Source: Nitrososphaera sp.
GTDB taxonomy: Archaea > Thermoproteota > Nitrososphaeria > Nitrososphaerales > Nitrososphaeraceae
Assembly: GCA_036554645.1 (NCBI GenBank)
Contig: DATBMW010000092.1
Coordinates: forward strand, 510 to 64,509
DNA length: 64,000 nt
Direction: 5' to 3'
The number at the start of each line of letters is the position of its first letter. Positions within the stretch are counted from its first letter, which is position 1. Under the pieces are notes generated by a model, which was not told the DNA's origin, did no database searches, and saw only the letters and a list, made by a program, of their open reading frames with translations. Both the position numbers and the translations under genes were made by a program. Positions 38,638-48,157 of the stretch are shown here, one piece after another.

Positions 38638-40488
38638 GTGAAGCGGAGCTTTTGCGCGCTCGCCGCGCTGGCCTTTCTCTTTTCCACGTTACTCGCGAAC
38701 AGCGCCTATGGACATGGCCTGGGTCAGGACCAATCACTTCCAATCACTGTCGGAGGCAAGCAGCTGGCTGTGGAGGGGATTATGCGGCCTGCCGTTGTAC
38801 CGTTCACCATGTCTGACAGGCCATTTCTGCTCATAAGGCTGTTCGATCAGAATAGCAATGTCACCGTTTCTGGCATCGATTACAGGATAGCAGTCGCGCT
38901 TCAGAATGATACTCTGCTCGACCAGCGCTTCAAGTCAGCTGACGGAGTTTTTCTAGCCAACCTGCTGCCAGACAAGAACATCACCGGCTGGCAGATCACG
39001 GGTCACGAGTCTGCGGGCCCCCAGGACCCAATAGATGTGAACCAGCACGATCCGGTCGAAATCAGGAGCGAGATACTTGCGACCGGAGGGCTGTACAGGA
39101 TCATCGTAGTCGTTGAGAAAGATAGCCCCGGCATAGCTGCGCCCAATGATCTCAGATTCGATCTTTTCATTAGCGTCACACACGCGCTCCACTTTACCGC
39201 GGAGACAGATGAAGGGCAGGCGGACATTGTTGTCAAGACGTATTACGACGATGTCACGGATTTTGGCTATCAAAACGGCACAATTGAATTCGAAATGCCC
39301 TTCGACTGGGATCCCGCTTACTTGGCTTTAGTACCCGTACTCCACATGGAGTTACAGTTCCCAAAATCCATCGAGGCGCTAAAGACAAACAGCTACAGGG
39401 GAAGCCTGAATGGCATCGAGCTTCCGGCCGAGTCGATACAGATTGACGACTACACATCTGAAGAGAATCGCATTGTGCATTTTGTCGTATCAAACACCAG
39501 GCTGCTACGCCTGGCAGACTCTGTGGAAGAGGGATCCGACGTAGCTTTGTTCACGCTGCGACCTGCCGAGAAGCCAAAATTCCCGCTTGATTTTCTCTCC
39601 GCCCCGACAGAAAAGTACCTGTTCCAGATGTCCTGGGGGCCTGAAGTGATCGAAACAGGGACACCCACAACATTTGTCATGAACCTTCAGAACCCGTTGA
39701 CCGGCGACTTGGCGCGACATTCGTCTTTTGATCTAGTGTTTACTCAGGGCGGAAACGAAATTCACAGAAAACACATGACTTCAGAACTGGGCACTTTTTC
39801 CTACCAGTACACCTTCTCCCAGCAGGGCAGCGTAACATTGTCAGCAGTAAACATTAACGGCGAAGGCGAAGGCGCGAAAATCGAGCTTTTTGTCCTTCAG
39901 GGCAGCAATTCGCCTCCTCCGCCAATAGATCAGCCGTCAGGGTGCCTTATTGCCACCGCAGCCTTTGGCTCTGAACTCGCCCCGCAGGTACAGTACCTCC
40001 GCAACTTCCGCGAGCAGCACATACTCTCAACTGCATCGGGGTCTGCCTTTATCAGCGCCTTCAACGCCATTTACTATTCATTCAGCCCCCAGGTTGCCGA
40101 TTACGAGAGGGAGCAGCCATGGCTTCAGAATATGGTCAAGGCAGGCCTGTACCCACTGTTTGGCATGCTTGTGGCGTCGGAGCGCGCGCATTCCGCCATT
40201 GGCGGCGAAGCAGGGGCAATCGTGGCAGGCTCCATTGCGAGCTCTATGATAGGTTCGGTTTACCTTCTTCCCGCCGGCATTTCTGTAGGCAACAAAGTAA
40301 GAGTAACTCTGTTGCTGGCGATCGTGGGAGTGGCAGCCTCATTCCTGATGGCAACTCTTGCCCTGGCTCCATCTCTGCTGCCATTTAGTACTTCTGCCTT
40401 TGTCCTGGCACTTGCAGGCTCCTCTGCAATATTGGCCGCAAAGGCCGTTATTGCAATCAAGAGACGAATATGGCTAGGTCACAACTGA
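38638..40488 (+). CDS. Exported protein with CFI-box-CTERM domain
   Basis: Signal AYG|HGLG; FEMPFDW, VLHME; Ig-like domain; GCLIATAAFGSELAPQVQYLRNFR...FNAIYYSFSP; C-terminal TMs; start GTG 38638 or TTG 38614. Confidence 0.85.
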   Translation: MKRSFCALAALAFLFSTLLANSAYGHGLGQDQSLPITVGGKQLAVEGIMRPAVVPFTMSDRPFLLIRLFDQNSNVTVSGIDYRIAVALQNDTLLDQRFKSADGVFLANLLPDKNITGWQITGHESAGPQDPIDVNQHDPVEIRSEILATGGLYRIIVVVEKDSPGIAAPNDLRFDLFISVTHALHFTAETDEGQADIVVKTYYDDVTDFGYQNGTIEFEMPFDWDPAYLALVPVLHMELQFPKSIEALKTNSYRGSLNGIELPAESIQIDDYTSEENRIVHFVVSNTRLLRLADSVEEGSDVALFTLRPAEKPKFPLDFLSAPTEKYLFQMSWGPEVIETGTPTTFVMNLQNPLTGDLARHSSFDLVFTQGGNEIHRKHMTSELGTFSYQYTFSQQGSVTLSAVNINGEGEGAKIELFVLQGSNSPPPPIDQPSGCLIATAAFGSELAPQVQYLRNFREQHILSTASGSAFISAFNAIYYSFSPQVADYEREQPWLQNMVKAGLYPLFGMLVASERAHSAIGGEAGAIVAGSIASSMIGSVYLLPAGISVGNKVRVTLLLAIVGVAASFLMATLALAPSLLPFSTSAFVLALAGSSAILAAKAVIAIKRRIWLGHN

Positions 40489-41511
40489 CTTAAGCTTGCC
40501 TTTTCGCTTTGCCATCTTGATCTCGCGCGCTATTCTCCTTCCCATGCTCATCGGTTCGTCATAGAGCAGGTCTGAATAGGGGGAGCCGTTAACGTAAAGG
40601 TTGGTACCAGCAACTATTCGTGCAGAAAATTCAAAGGTCGTGAATGTGCCCTCGCTGTCGTAGACTCCCTCCAGACAAAAGGGCCCTGTCATGCCCGGAG
40701 CGACCAGACGTTCCGAAGCCTGCACAAAGCTTTCGCCCATTTTGTAGACTCCATCGAGCAGCGATTCCCGCAGAACCAAAGGCAGGTTTCCTATCACATT
40801 GTATGACGGTTCGGCGCCGGCACCCAGCTGCTGCTTTGCAGGGATCCTGCCAAGACCATCGATATCTGATTCGTACCTCCTGTCAATCCCCATCAACTCC
40901 AGGCTCCTGCCAAGAGGCGAGTAGAAATATTGAAGGTAGACCGGCACCCCTCTAATGAATTCCTGTATGTAGAGATCATTTTCTCCCCGTATCGCATTCT
41001 GTTTCACAAGCCGCCGCGCTCCTTCTTCAAAGCTTTCGCGGTCCCATGCCAAATAATATCCCCGGCCGCCAGCTGCGCCATGAAGCTTTACGATGCACAG
41101 TCCGTTGATCTCGTTCTTTGAGCTGACGGACCGAGGAGTCTTCAGACCAGCTTCGCGCATCAGTTTTTCCTTCATCTCTCTACTGGCCTCCCAGCGCAGG
41201 ATCCACTTGTTGCCAAACACCGGCACCTTGATACTCTCGATTTCTTCGCTGGACATCTGGGCAATTAGCGTGCCATGCGGGATCAGAATCGCATTTTTCT
41301 GTTTCAGCTTACCGGCCACTGAACTTTCCAGAATCTCCGAGAATGCGTCCACTTTGATTATTTCGTCAATGAATGGAAAGCGGTGATACAGGTCAAGGCG
41401 CTTCTTTTCTGACACAAGAATAGTGTGAAGGCCTTCGTCCTTTGCTCCCTTTAGCACCTGCAGGGCGCAGTGCGACCCAAGTGTCGCTATACTGACCCTG
41501 GCGCCAGCCAT
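40474..41511 (-). CDS. purP: Formate-phosphoribosylaminoimidazolecarboxamide ligase (ATP-grasp)
   Basis: TLGSHCALQ, GAKDEG, GAAGGRGY, FEFSARIVAGTN, MSMGRRIAREI. Confidence 0.95.
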   Translation of the reverse strand: MAGARVSIATLGSHCALQVLKGAKDEGLHTILVSEKKRLDLYHRFPFIDEIIKVDAFSEILESSVAGKLKQKNAILIPHGTLIAQMSSEEIESIKVPVFGNKWILRWEASREMKEKLMREAGLKTPRSVSSKNEINGLCIVKLHGAAGGRGYYLAWDRESFEEGARRLVKQNAIRGENDLYIQEFIRGVPVYLQYFYSPLGRSLELMGIDRRYESDIDGLGRIPAKQQLGAGAEPSYNVIGNLPLVLRESLLDGVYKMGESFVQASERLVAPGMTGPFCLEGVYDSEGTFTTFEFSARIVAGTNLYVNGSPYSDLLYDEPMSMGRRIAREIKMAKRKGKLKSVVT

Positions 41512-41595
41512 TACGATGAAAAGGTTGTTTTGGGGAGGTTAAAATCCTTCTTGCGACTGAAGGCACATTTATAGCCGCTCTGCAAAAGGACTCCT

Positions 41596-42522
41596 GTGCA
41601 TGACAGGATAGCGCACACTGCAGAACATGCATTCATCGGCTCCCTGCAGAAACTGCTCGGCAAGACCTTGCATGTCCGCAAAGTAGAGCACAGGGAATCG
41701 AGCAATACTGCTTTCATAGTCATTCCACATCTCGATCTTGATCTCGTGTTCAAGGCCCAATTACAAGTAAATGCGCTGATACGGGAAGGACGAGAAGTCA
41801 ATTCTTACAACTTTGATTCTCTCGAAGAAGCAAAAAAGGCAATCCCGGGTCTCCGAGCAAACGAAGAGAGGATATCAGGAAATGTGCGCGTTGTAGAGAT
41901 CGAAGGCCATGACTTCGCAGCATGCGCGATGGATCATGCAAAGAACCTGAGCGAATGCGACTTTTTCCTTGTGAGCAGGGTATCAAAGAGTGGGAGCGAA
42001 TACGAATTAGACTTTGTAGTCGGCTGGGATGCAAAAGAGGCCGCGAGTTCTCTTGCAGCAGAGCTTCATAGAGTCTGTAACGTACTTGGCACAAACATCA
42101 AAACCGTCGAGAACACAGCAAGACGGCTTGCAGAGGAAAACACAGCGAACAGAAGTAGGGTAAGGGCTCTGGGCGCGGAAAAACTTCAGGCAATCAGACC
42201 GGTAGTCTTGGGACGTTTCACCGTGTTCAAGGGTATCATCTCGAACATTTCAAATGACATGATGCAGGAATTCGCAGGCAAGAAAATCGAAAGTGAAAAT
42301 GTACTGGTAATACTCGCTAACCTTGATTCAGAGACAGCAGGAATCGTGTTTGCAAGAAATGAAAAAATCAAGTCGGTGGATTGTAACGCATTATTCAAAA
42401 AGTTTGCCGGCCCGAGCGGACGCGGAGGAGGCAAACCGCACTTTGTCACCGGTGTTGTAGATAGAGTTATGGTTCATGAATTCATTGAAAACATCTGCAA
42501 AGAGTTAGCTTCCACTGCTTGA
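41596..42522 (+). CDS. AlaX-like tRNA editing domain fused to a C-Ala/DHHA1 domain
   Basis: HTAEH (HxxxH), VRVVEI, CAMDH (CxxxH), C-terminal GRGGGKP. Confidence 0.8.
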   Translation: MHDRIAHTAEHAFIGSLQKLLGKTLHVRKVEHRESSNTAFIVIPHLDLDLVFKAQLQVNALIREGREVNSYNFDSLEEAKKAIPGLRANEERISGNVRVVEIEGHDFAACAMDHAKNLSECDFFLVSRVSKSGSEYELDFVVGWDAKEAASSLAAELHRVCNVLGTNIKTVENTARRLAEENTANRSRVRALGAEKLQAIRPVVLGRFTVFKGIISNISNDMMQEFAGKKIESENVLVILANLDSETAGIVFARNEKIKSVDCNALFKKFAGPSGRGGGKPHFVTGVVDRVMVHEFIENICKELASTA

Positions 42523-42589
42523 TTCCCGGTGCGTTCGGATCGACTCTAGTGTAAGGTTAAATTAACCTACTCTGTAAAGCACTGTTTAA

Positions 42590-43936
42590 TTGGACGAAGC
42601 GCTGGAAGAACAAGACCTTGGCCACTGGAGACGAACACATTACTCCTCTGAAATACTGGCATCTGCCGCCGATGACAGCGCCGAAGTCATAGTGATGGGA
42701 TGGGTCTCAAGTGTCCGAGACCACGGAAATATCCAGTTTATCATTGTAAAGGATGCGTACGGCGAAATTCAGGTTACCGCAAAGAAAGGCGAATGCTCTG
42801 ATTCGCTTTTCCAGATGGCAAAGGAGGTAAAGGAGCACAGTTCGATAGCGGTGCGGGGAAAAGCGAGGCCACAAGAAAAGGCACCAAACGGGGCAGAGCT
42901 GGTGCCTATCGAGCTCAAAGCATTCTCTATAGCAAGGAAGGCGTCGCCATTCATGGTGCAGGAAAAGACGTCTTCCGTTGGCATTGATACCCGCCTCGAC
43001 CTTCGGGCAGTCGATCTCAGGCGCAGCTACCTGGTCTCGGTGTTCCGAATACGCCAGACCGTGCTCGCCTCGATCAGGGAATTCCTCCTCAGGCAGGGGT
43101 TCATCGAGGTGAACACCCCCAAGATGATAGCGACTGCAACCGAGGGCGGAGCGGCGCTTTTTCCGATATTTTACTATGACCGGGAGGCATTTCTTGCGCA
43201 GAGCCCCCAGCTCTACAAGGAGCAGCTGACGATGGCTTTTGAAAGCGTCTACGAGATCGGGCCGATTTTCAGAGCAGAACCATCGCGGACTAACCGACAC
43301 CTCTCTGAGGCTGTATCAATTGATGTCGAGCGGGCGTTTGTAGACTACAACGATGCGATGTCGATTCTTGAACGCATGATAGTCCATGTAATAGAATCGA
43401 TCAAGGAGAGAAACCATCAGGACCTGAAATTCATGGAACTCCAGATGCCGGCGGTAGAGTTGCCATTTCCAAAGTATTCCTATTCAGACCTTGTTGACAA
43501 ATTGCAGGAGGCCGGCGAGCGAGTTCAGTGGGGCGACGATATCGCGCCGCAGACGATGAAGAACCTGCAGGACGAAAGGCTCAACGGGTTTTACTTTATC
43601 ATCGACTGGCCGACTTCGACAAAGCCATTCTATGTAAAGCCTTCCGCGGCCGAGTCTGGCAGGATCTGTGAATCATTCGATCTGATGTACGGGCCGCTTG
43701 AAATGTCATCGGGCAGCACCAGGATCAACAGAAAGGATCAACTAGTGGACAGGATGACAAAGCAGGGTCTAAAGCCCCAGGCGTTTGACTACCACCTCCG
43801 AGTATTCGATTACGGAGTTCCACCCCATGCCGGCTTTGGCCTGGGGCTGGAAAGACTCATGATGGCTCTTACAAAGCTCGAGAACATACGCGATGCAACT
43901 CTGTATCCACGGGACATTGACAGGCTGGCTCCCTAG
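42590..43936 (+). CDS. aspS: Aspartyl-tRNA synthetase, non-discriminating type
   Basis: RDHG, KAPNG, ATEGGA, LAQSPQLYK, FRAE, PPHAGFGLGLER; upstream of gatCAB. Confidence 0.95.
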   Translation: MDEALEEQDLGHWRRTHYSSEILASAADDSAEVIVMGWVSSVRDHGNIQFIIVKDAYGEIQVTAKKGECSDSLFQMAKEVKEHSSIAVRGKARPQEKAPNGAELVPIELKAFSIARKASPFMVQEKTSSVGIDTRLDLRAVDLRRSYLVSVFRIRQTVLASIREFLLRQGFIEVNTPKMIATATEGGAALFPIFYYDREAFLAQSPQLYKEQLTMAFESVYEIGPIFRAEPSRTNRHLSEAVSIDVERAFVDYNDAMSILERMIVHVIESIKERNHQDLKFMELQMPAVELPFPKYSYSDLVDKLQEAGERVQWGDDIAPQTMKNLQDERLNGFYFIIDWPTSTKPFYVKPSAAESGRICESFDLMYGPLEMSSGSTRINRKDQLVDRMTKQGLKPQAFDYHLRVFDYGVPPHAGFGLGLERLMMALTKLENIRDATLYPRDIDRLAP

Positions 43937-43937
43937 A

Positions 43938-44210
43938 ATGGCAGTAACAAAAGACCAGGTAAAGCATCTGGGATGGCTATCCCGAATAGAGCTATCAGAT
44001 GAAGAGCTCGCCCTGTACGCGGGCCAGATCGAGACAATAGTAAAATACCTTGACAAGCTGGACATGGTCCCGCTTCAAGAGGTGAGGCCTGTCGTTACAA
44101 AAAAGAAATTCTCGGATCTTCGCGACGACATCGCGGTTGAATTTGGGGCGGACTTGCTGCCGACTTTGCAAAGAAAAGAAGGGTTTGTAAAGGGTCCAAG
44201 GATGGTCTAG
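43938..44210 (+). CDS. gatC: Asp-tRNA(Asn) amidotransferase subunit C
   Basis: VKHLGWLSRIEL, LRDD, GFVKGPR; ATG 43938. Confidence 0.92.
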   Translation: MAVTKDQVKHLGWLSRIELSDEELALYAGQIETIVKYLDKLDMVPLQEVRPVVTKKKFSDLRDDIAVEFGADLLPTLQRKEGFVKGPRMV

Positions 44211-44211
44211 A

Positions 44212-45654
44212 TTGGATCTCTTTCGGCTCGATGCCATGCAGGTGGTCGACGGCATAAAGAAAAGAGAATTTTCAGCCGAAGAGTACATTCAGCAACTTTT
44301 GGAAAGGATTGATAGGGTGGAGCCAAAAGTCAATGCGTTTATCACGGTAAACCGCAAAGAGGCGATCGATAAGGCGCGCTCTATAGACAAGAAGGTGAGG
44401 GATGGGGAGCCGGTTGGGCCGCTCGCCGGAGTGGCAGTCAGTGTAAAGGACAACATCTGCGTCAAGGGAACAAGAACCACCTGTGCCTCAAAAATGCTTG
44501 AAAATTATGTTCCGCCATACAGCGCGACTGTGGTGACAAGGTTAGATGACGCGGGGGCGATAGTGATAGGAAAGGCGAACCTTGACGAATTTGCGATGGG
44601 CTCCACAACAGAGTTTAGCAAACATGGGGCCACAAGAAATCCGTGGGATATCAGCAGGGTTCCCGGAGGATCGTCGGGAGGTAGCGCCGCTAGCGTCGCG
44701 TCCCTGGAATGCGCGGTCTCTCTTGGCTCTGACACGGGAGGTTCCGTAAGGTGTCCTGCGAGTTTTTGTTCAGTCATAGGGATGAAACCCACCTACGGCC
44801 TGGTAAGCAGGTACGGGCTGGTGTCCTATGCCAACAGCCTGGAACAGATAGGTCCCGCCGGCAGGACAGTAGCCGATGTTACAGCTGTAATGAACGTGAT
44901 AGCTGGAAGTGACAGCAATGATCACACTACTTTGGACATAAAGCCTGACTATTCGGCCGGTGAACCTGACAAGCGGTTCCGCATAGGAATAGTAAAAGAG
45001 TTTCTCAGCGGTGCCGACTCCGAAGTTGCAAAGATAGTCTACAACGCTGCTGATATCCTGACAAAGCGGGGATGCAAGTGTGAAGAAGTGAGCCTAAGAT
45101 CGGCCGATTACGCGCTCGCGTCATACTACACGATAGCGATGGCCGAAGCCAGCAGCAACCTGGCAAGGTATGACAATGTCCGCTACGGCTTTGACATGAG
45201 CTCCGAGGGCTATGAGTGGAATTCGTACTATGCCAAGGTACGGAGCAACTTTGGCGAGGAGGTGAAAAGGAGGATCATAGTCGGCTCGTACGTCCTGTCT
45301 TCCGGTTACTACGGGAAATACTACCTGAAGGCCCAGCAGGTCAGGTCCATACTAAAGCAGGAGCTAAAATCGCTTTTCAAGGGGCACGATTTATTGATGG
45401 GGCCCACGATGCCAGTCCTTCCGTTCAAGATGGGCGAAAAGATCGATGACCCCATAAAGCTGTACCTGGTGGATATTGATACCGTAGTGGCCAATCTCGC
45501 AGGCACGCCGGCGATCTCGATTCCCGGAGGATTCTCTGGCGGCCTCCCGGTCGGCCTTCAGCTGATGGCAGACGAGCTTCAGGAACAGACTATGATAGAC
45601 GCGGCTTCCCTGTTTGAGAGCGCTGCACATGTACAGAGGAGCCCCGATCTTTGA
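44212..45654 (+). CDS. gatA: Amidotransferase subunit A
   Basis: VKDNI, GKANLDEFAMGS, PGGSSGGS, GSDTGGSVR, EVKRRI. Confidence 0.97.
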   Translation: MDLFRLDAMQVVDGIKKREFSAEEYIQQLLERIDRVEPKVNAFITVNRKEAIDKARSIDKKVRDGEPVGPLAGVAVSVKDNICVKGTRTTCASKMLENYVPPYSATVVTRLDDAGAIVIGKANLDEFAMGSTTEFSKHGATRNPWDISRVPGGSSGGSAASVASLECAVSLGSDTGGSVRCPASFCSVIGMKPTYGLVSRYGLVSYANSLEQIGPAGRTVADVTAVMNVIAGSDSNDHTTLDIKPDYSAGEPDKRFRIGIVKEFLSGADSEVAKIVYNAADILTKRGCKCEEVSLRSADYALASYYTIAMAEASSNLARYDNVRYGFDMSSEGYEWNSYYAKVRSNFGEEVKRRIIVGSYVLSSGYYGKYYLKAQQVRSILKQELKSLFKGHDLLMGPTMPVLPFKMGEKIDDPIKLYLVDIDTVVANLAGTPAISIPGGFSGGLPVGLQLMADELQEQTMIDAASLFESAAHVQRSPDL

Positions 45655-47090
45655 TGGAAACAAAGATCGGCCTTGAAGTCCACTGCCAGCTGACCGGCGC
45701 AAAGAGCAAGCTGTTCTGTTCGTGCAGCTGCGAGTACAGGGGAAAAGCGGCAAATTCTAACATCTGCCCCACCTGTGTCGGCCTGCCCGGGACACTCCCG
45801 CTGCTTAACAGAAGGGCAGTGGAACTTGCCGGCATGATCTCTACAGCTCTTGGCTGTACGGTCCCAGAAGAAATCGCGTTCTACCGCAAGAACTATTTTT
45901 ACCCTGATCTTCCAAAGAATTTTCAGCTCACTCAGTACAATGCCTATGGCATAACGAGCATGGGAGTTGACGGGATCATGCAATACGGCGAGGGCAAGAA
46001 AGCAAGAATCAGGCGAGTGCAGCTCGAGGAAGATCCCGGCAGGCTGGTGTATGAGGGCAGCATGGAGACAAGCCCCTACACGCTTGTCGACTACAACAGG
46101 GCTGGCGTCCCGCTTGTAGAGATCGTGACTGAACCTGACTTTGCAGATCCGAAAGACGTAAGGCTGTTTCTGGACAAGATAACATCGCTGCTCGAGCATC
46201 TTGGAGTATGCGATACCCGATTGGAGGGATCAGTGCGGTGCGACGCGAACGTTTCGGTCGGCGGCGGCAACAGGGTCGAAATCAAGAATGTCAGCTCCTT
46301 TGCCGATGTCGAAAAGGCACTCCGATACGAAATAACCAGGCAGAATTCCATGTCATCGAGGAACATCGAGATCAAGTCGGAAACCCGGCATTGGGATGAC
46401 GCAAGAAAGCTAACAAAGGAGTCAAGGACAAAGGAAGAGGAGCAGGATTACCGTTACTTTCCAGAACCTGATGTCCCATCAATAGTGCTTGGCAGCGAAT
46501 TCCCTTCTTTCGTCAGCATGTCCATGCCGGAGCTTCCCGACAAGAGAAAAGAGCGATTTATCTCAAAACACGGCCTTTCTCCGCATGTTGCGCAGGTCCT
46601 TATCGACAACAAAGAGCTTGCCGACTTTTTCGAATCTGCTCTCACGATGCACAACCTGCCAAGAGAAATCGCGAACTGGATAGTCAATGACCTGATGGGA
46701 TTTGTTGATGAGGACCACAAGCAGGAGAGATCTATTCTTGCGGGGCTCAAGATTACCCCCGGGCATATCGCAGAGCTGGCAAAGCTGGTTGACGAAGGAA
46801 CAATCAACAGATCAATCGCTCAGCAGGTGCTGGCTCAAGCAGTGAAAACAGGAGAGATGCCATCCCGAGTTGTCAGGAAAACGGATTCCTCAAGGATAGA
46901 TGATTCTGACGAACTGGCGCAGGTGGTGGACTCCGTATTCAAAGCCGAGCAGAACGCGGTGCAAGACGCCAAGAGTAACGCGAACGCAGCCAACTTTTTG
47001 CTGGGTAAGGTAATGGGCGCGACAAAGGGCAGGGCCGACCCGAAAGCAGCGCTTGAGCTCATCCAGAAAAAGTTGGCAGAACAAGAATGA
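45651..47090 (+). CDS. gatB: Amidotransferase subunit B
   Basis: IGLEVH, RKNYFYPDLPK, LEEDPG, DYNRAGVPL, RCDAN, DYRYFPEPD. Confidence 0.97.
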   Translation: MMETKIGLEVHCQLTGAKSKLFCSCSCEYRGKAANSNICPTCVGLPGTLPLLNRRAVELAGMISTALGCTVPEEIAFYRKNYFYPDLPKNFQLTQYNAYGITSMGVDGIMQYGEGKKARIRRVQLEEDPGRLVYEGSMETSPYTLVDYNRAGVPLVEIVTEPDFADPKDVRLFLDKITSLLEHLGVCDTRLEGSVRCDANVSVGGGNRVEIKNVSSFADVEKALRYEITRQNSMSSRNIEIKSETRHWDDARKLTKESRTKEEEQDYRYFPEPDVPSIVLGSEFPSFVSMSMPELPDKRKERFISKHGLSPHVAQVLIDNKELADFFESALTMHNLPREIANWIVNDLMGFVDEDHKQERSILAGLKITPGHIAELAKLVDEGTINRSIAQQVLAQAVKTGEMPSRVVRKTDSSRIDDSDELAQVVDSVFKAEQNAVQDAKSNANAANFLLGKVMGATKGRADPKAALELIQKKLAEQE

Positions 47091-47170
47091 ATAATTCCAG
47101 CAGCTCATGCAGTCCTGATTCCAATTGTCCTTCTCAGCGCGAGCCGTATGCGCGGTCAGCTGAGTAGAAG

Positions 47171-48157
47171 TTATTTCCTGACGGCGAGCTTTCCAAGCTG
47201 CGCGAGTAATGCGGCGAGCTGAATTTCGGGATGAGCCCCGACAGCAAGCCTGTAGTCGTACTCGGCCATCAGAGAAGCAAATTCCTCCGGCTTTTCTATC
47301 TTTATTTCGTACGCCTCCTGGTTCGCATATTTCATAAAGTCCGTTTCTGACATGCCGTAAACCATCGTCAGTTCCAGCAGTTTGGCGCGAGCTTCATTAA
47401 ACTTGCCTGACAGCGCGAGCTTCAGGACATCGCCGACCTTGGATCTGCCGGAGAGTCCGACTGCCGCAGTCACATTGGCTGAGGTAACGGACCCCATTCC
47501 AGACGATGCCTGCATTATGTTGATTGAATGGCGTAGGTCGCCACCTGTAGCTTCATAGATCTGGGCGACGGCCTTTTCATCATACTTTATTTTTTCCTTT
47601 TCACAGATCGTTTTCAAGTGTCCAACAATGTCCTCTTTTGGTAGCTTCGTAAAGCGAAAGACCACGCATCTGCTCTGAATCGGTTCGATAATCTGGGAAA
47701 GACAATTGCAGATTATGATGAAGCGGGTCGTCCTAGAGCTGTCCTCGATTATGCGTCTCAGCGCAGTTTGAGCTTCTGAGGTCATCTCGTCCGCCTCGTC
47801 GAGAATAATTATCTTTGGCTTGCCAAATTCTCTGTCTGTCGCAAGCTTTATCGACGCCGCAAATTCCTTTACACGTTCGCGGACCATCCGGATACCGCGA
47901 TCGTCCGATGCGTTCAGTTCGAGCGTGTTCTTTCTCCAGTCTTCGCCAAGAATTTCCATCGCTATGCAAAGCGCGGCCGTTGTCTTGCCTACTCCAGCAG
48001 GACCAGCAAAGAGCATGTGCGGAATGTCAGGGGTCTTGATAAGATTGCTGATGCCTCTGACGATCTCTTTCTGGTCAACCATTTCGCCCAGCTTTTTTGG
48101 CCTGTATTTTTCGGTCCACATGAGGTTGGCCAGATCGCTTTTCTTGGTCGAAGACAT
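47171..48157 (-). CDS. rfcS: Replication factor C small subunit
   Basis: WTEKYRP, GPAGVGKTT, LNASDDRG, DEAD, SRC, GDLR. Confidence 0.97.
   Translation of the reverse strand: MSSTKKSDLANLMWTEKYRPKKLGEMVDQKEIVRGISNLIKTPDIPHMLFAGPAGVGKTTAALCIAMEILGEDWRKNTLELNASDDRGIRMVRERVKEFAASIKLATDREFGKPKIIILDEADEMTSEAQTALRRIIEDSSRTTRFIIICNCLSQIIEPIQSRCVVFRFTKLPKEDIVGHLKTICEKEKIKYDEKAVAQIYEATGGDLRHSINIMQASSGMGSVTSANVTAAVGLSGRSKVGDVLKLALSGKFNEARAKLLELTMVYGMSETDFMKYANQEAYEIKIEKPEEFASLMAEYDYRLAVGAHPEIQLAALLAQLGKLAVRK

Noticed and set aside
29411-40488. Copper island as a mobile element
   Set aside because: No integrase, transposase, tRNA or flanking direct repeats, and no obvious compositional shift
42707-46199. 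197-aa and 206-aa - strand ORFs
   Set aside because: Antisense shadows of aspS and gatA/gatB
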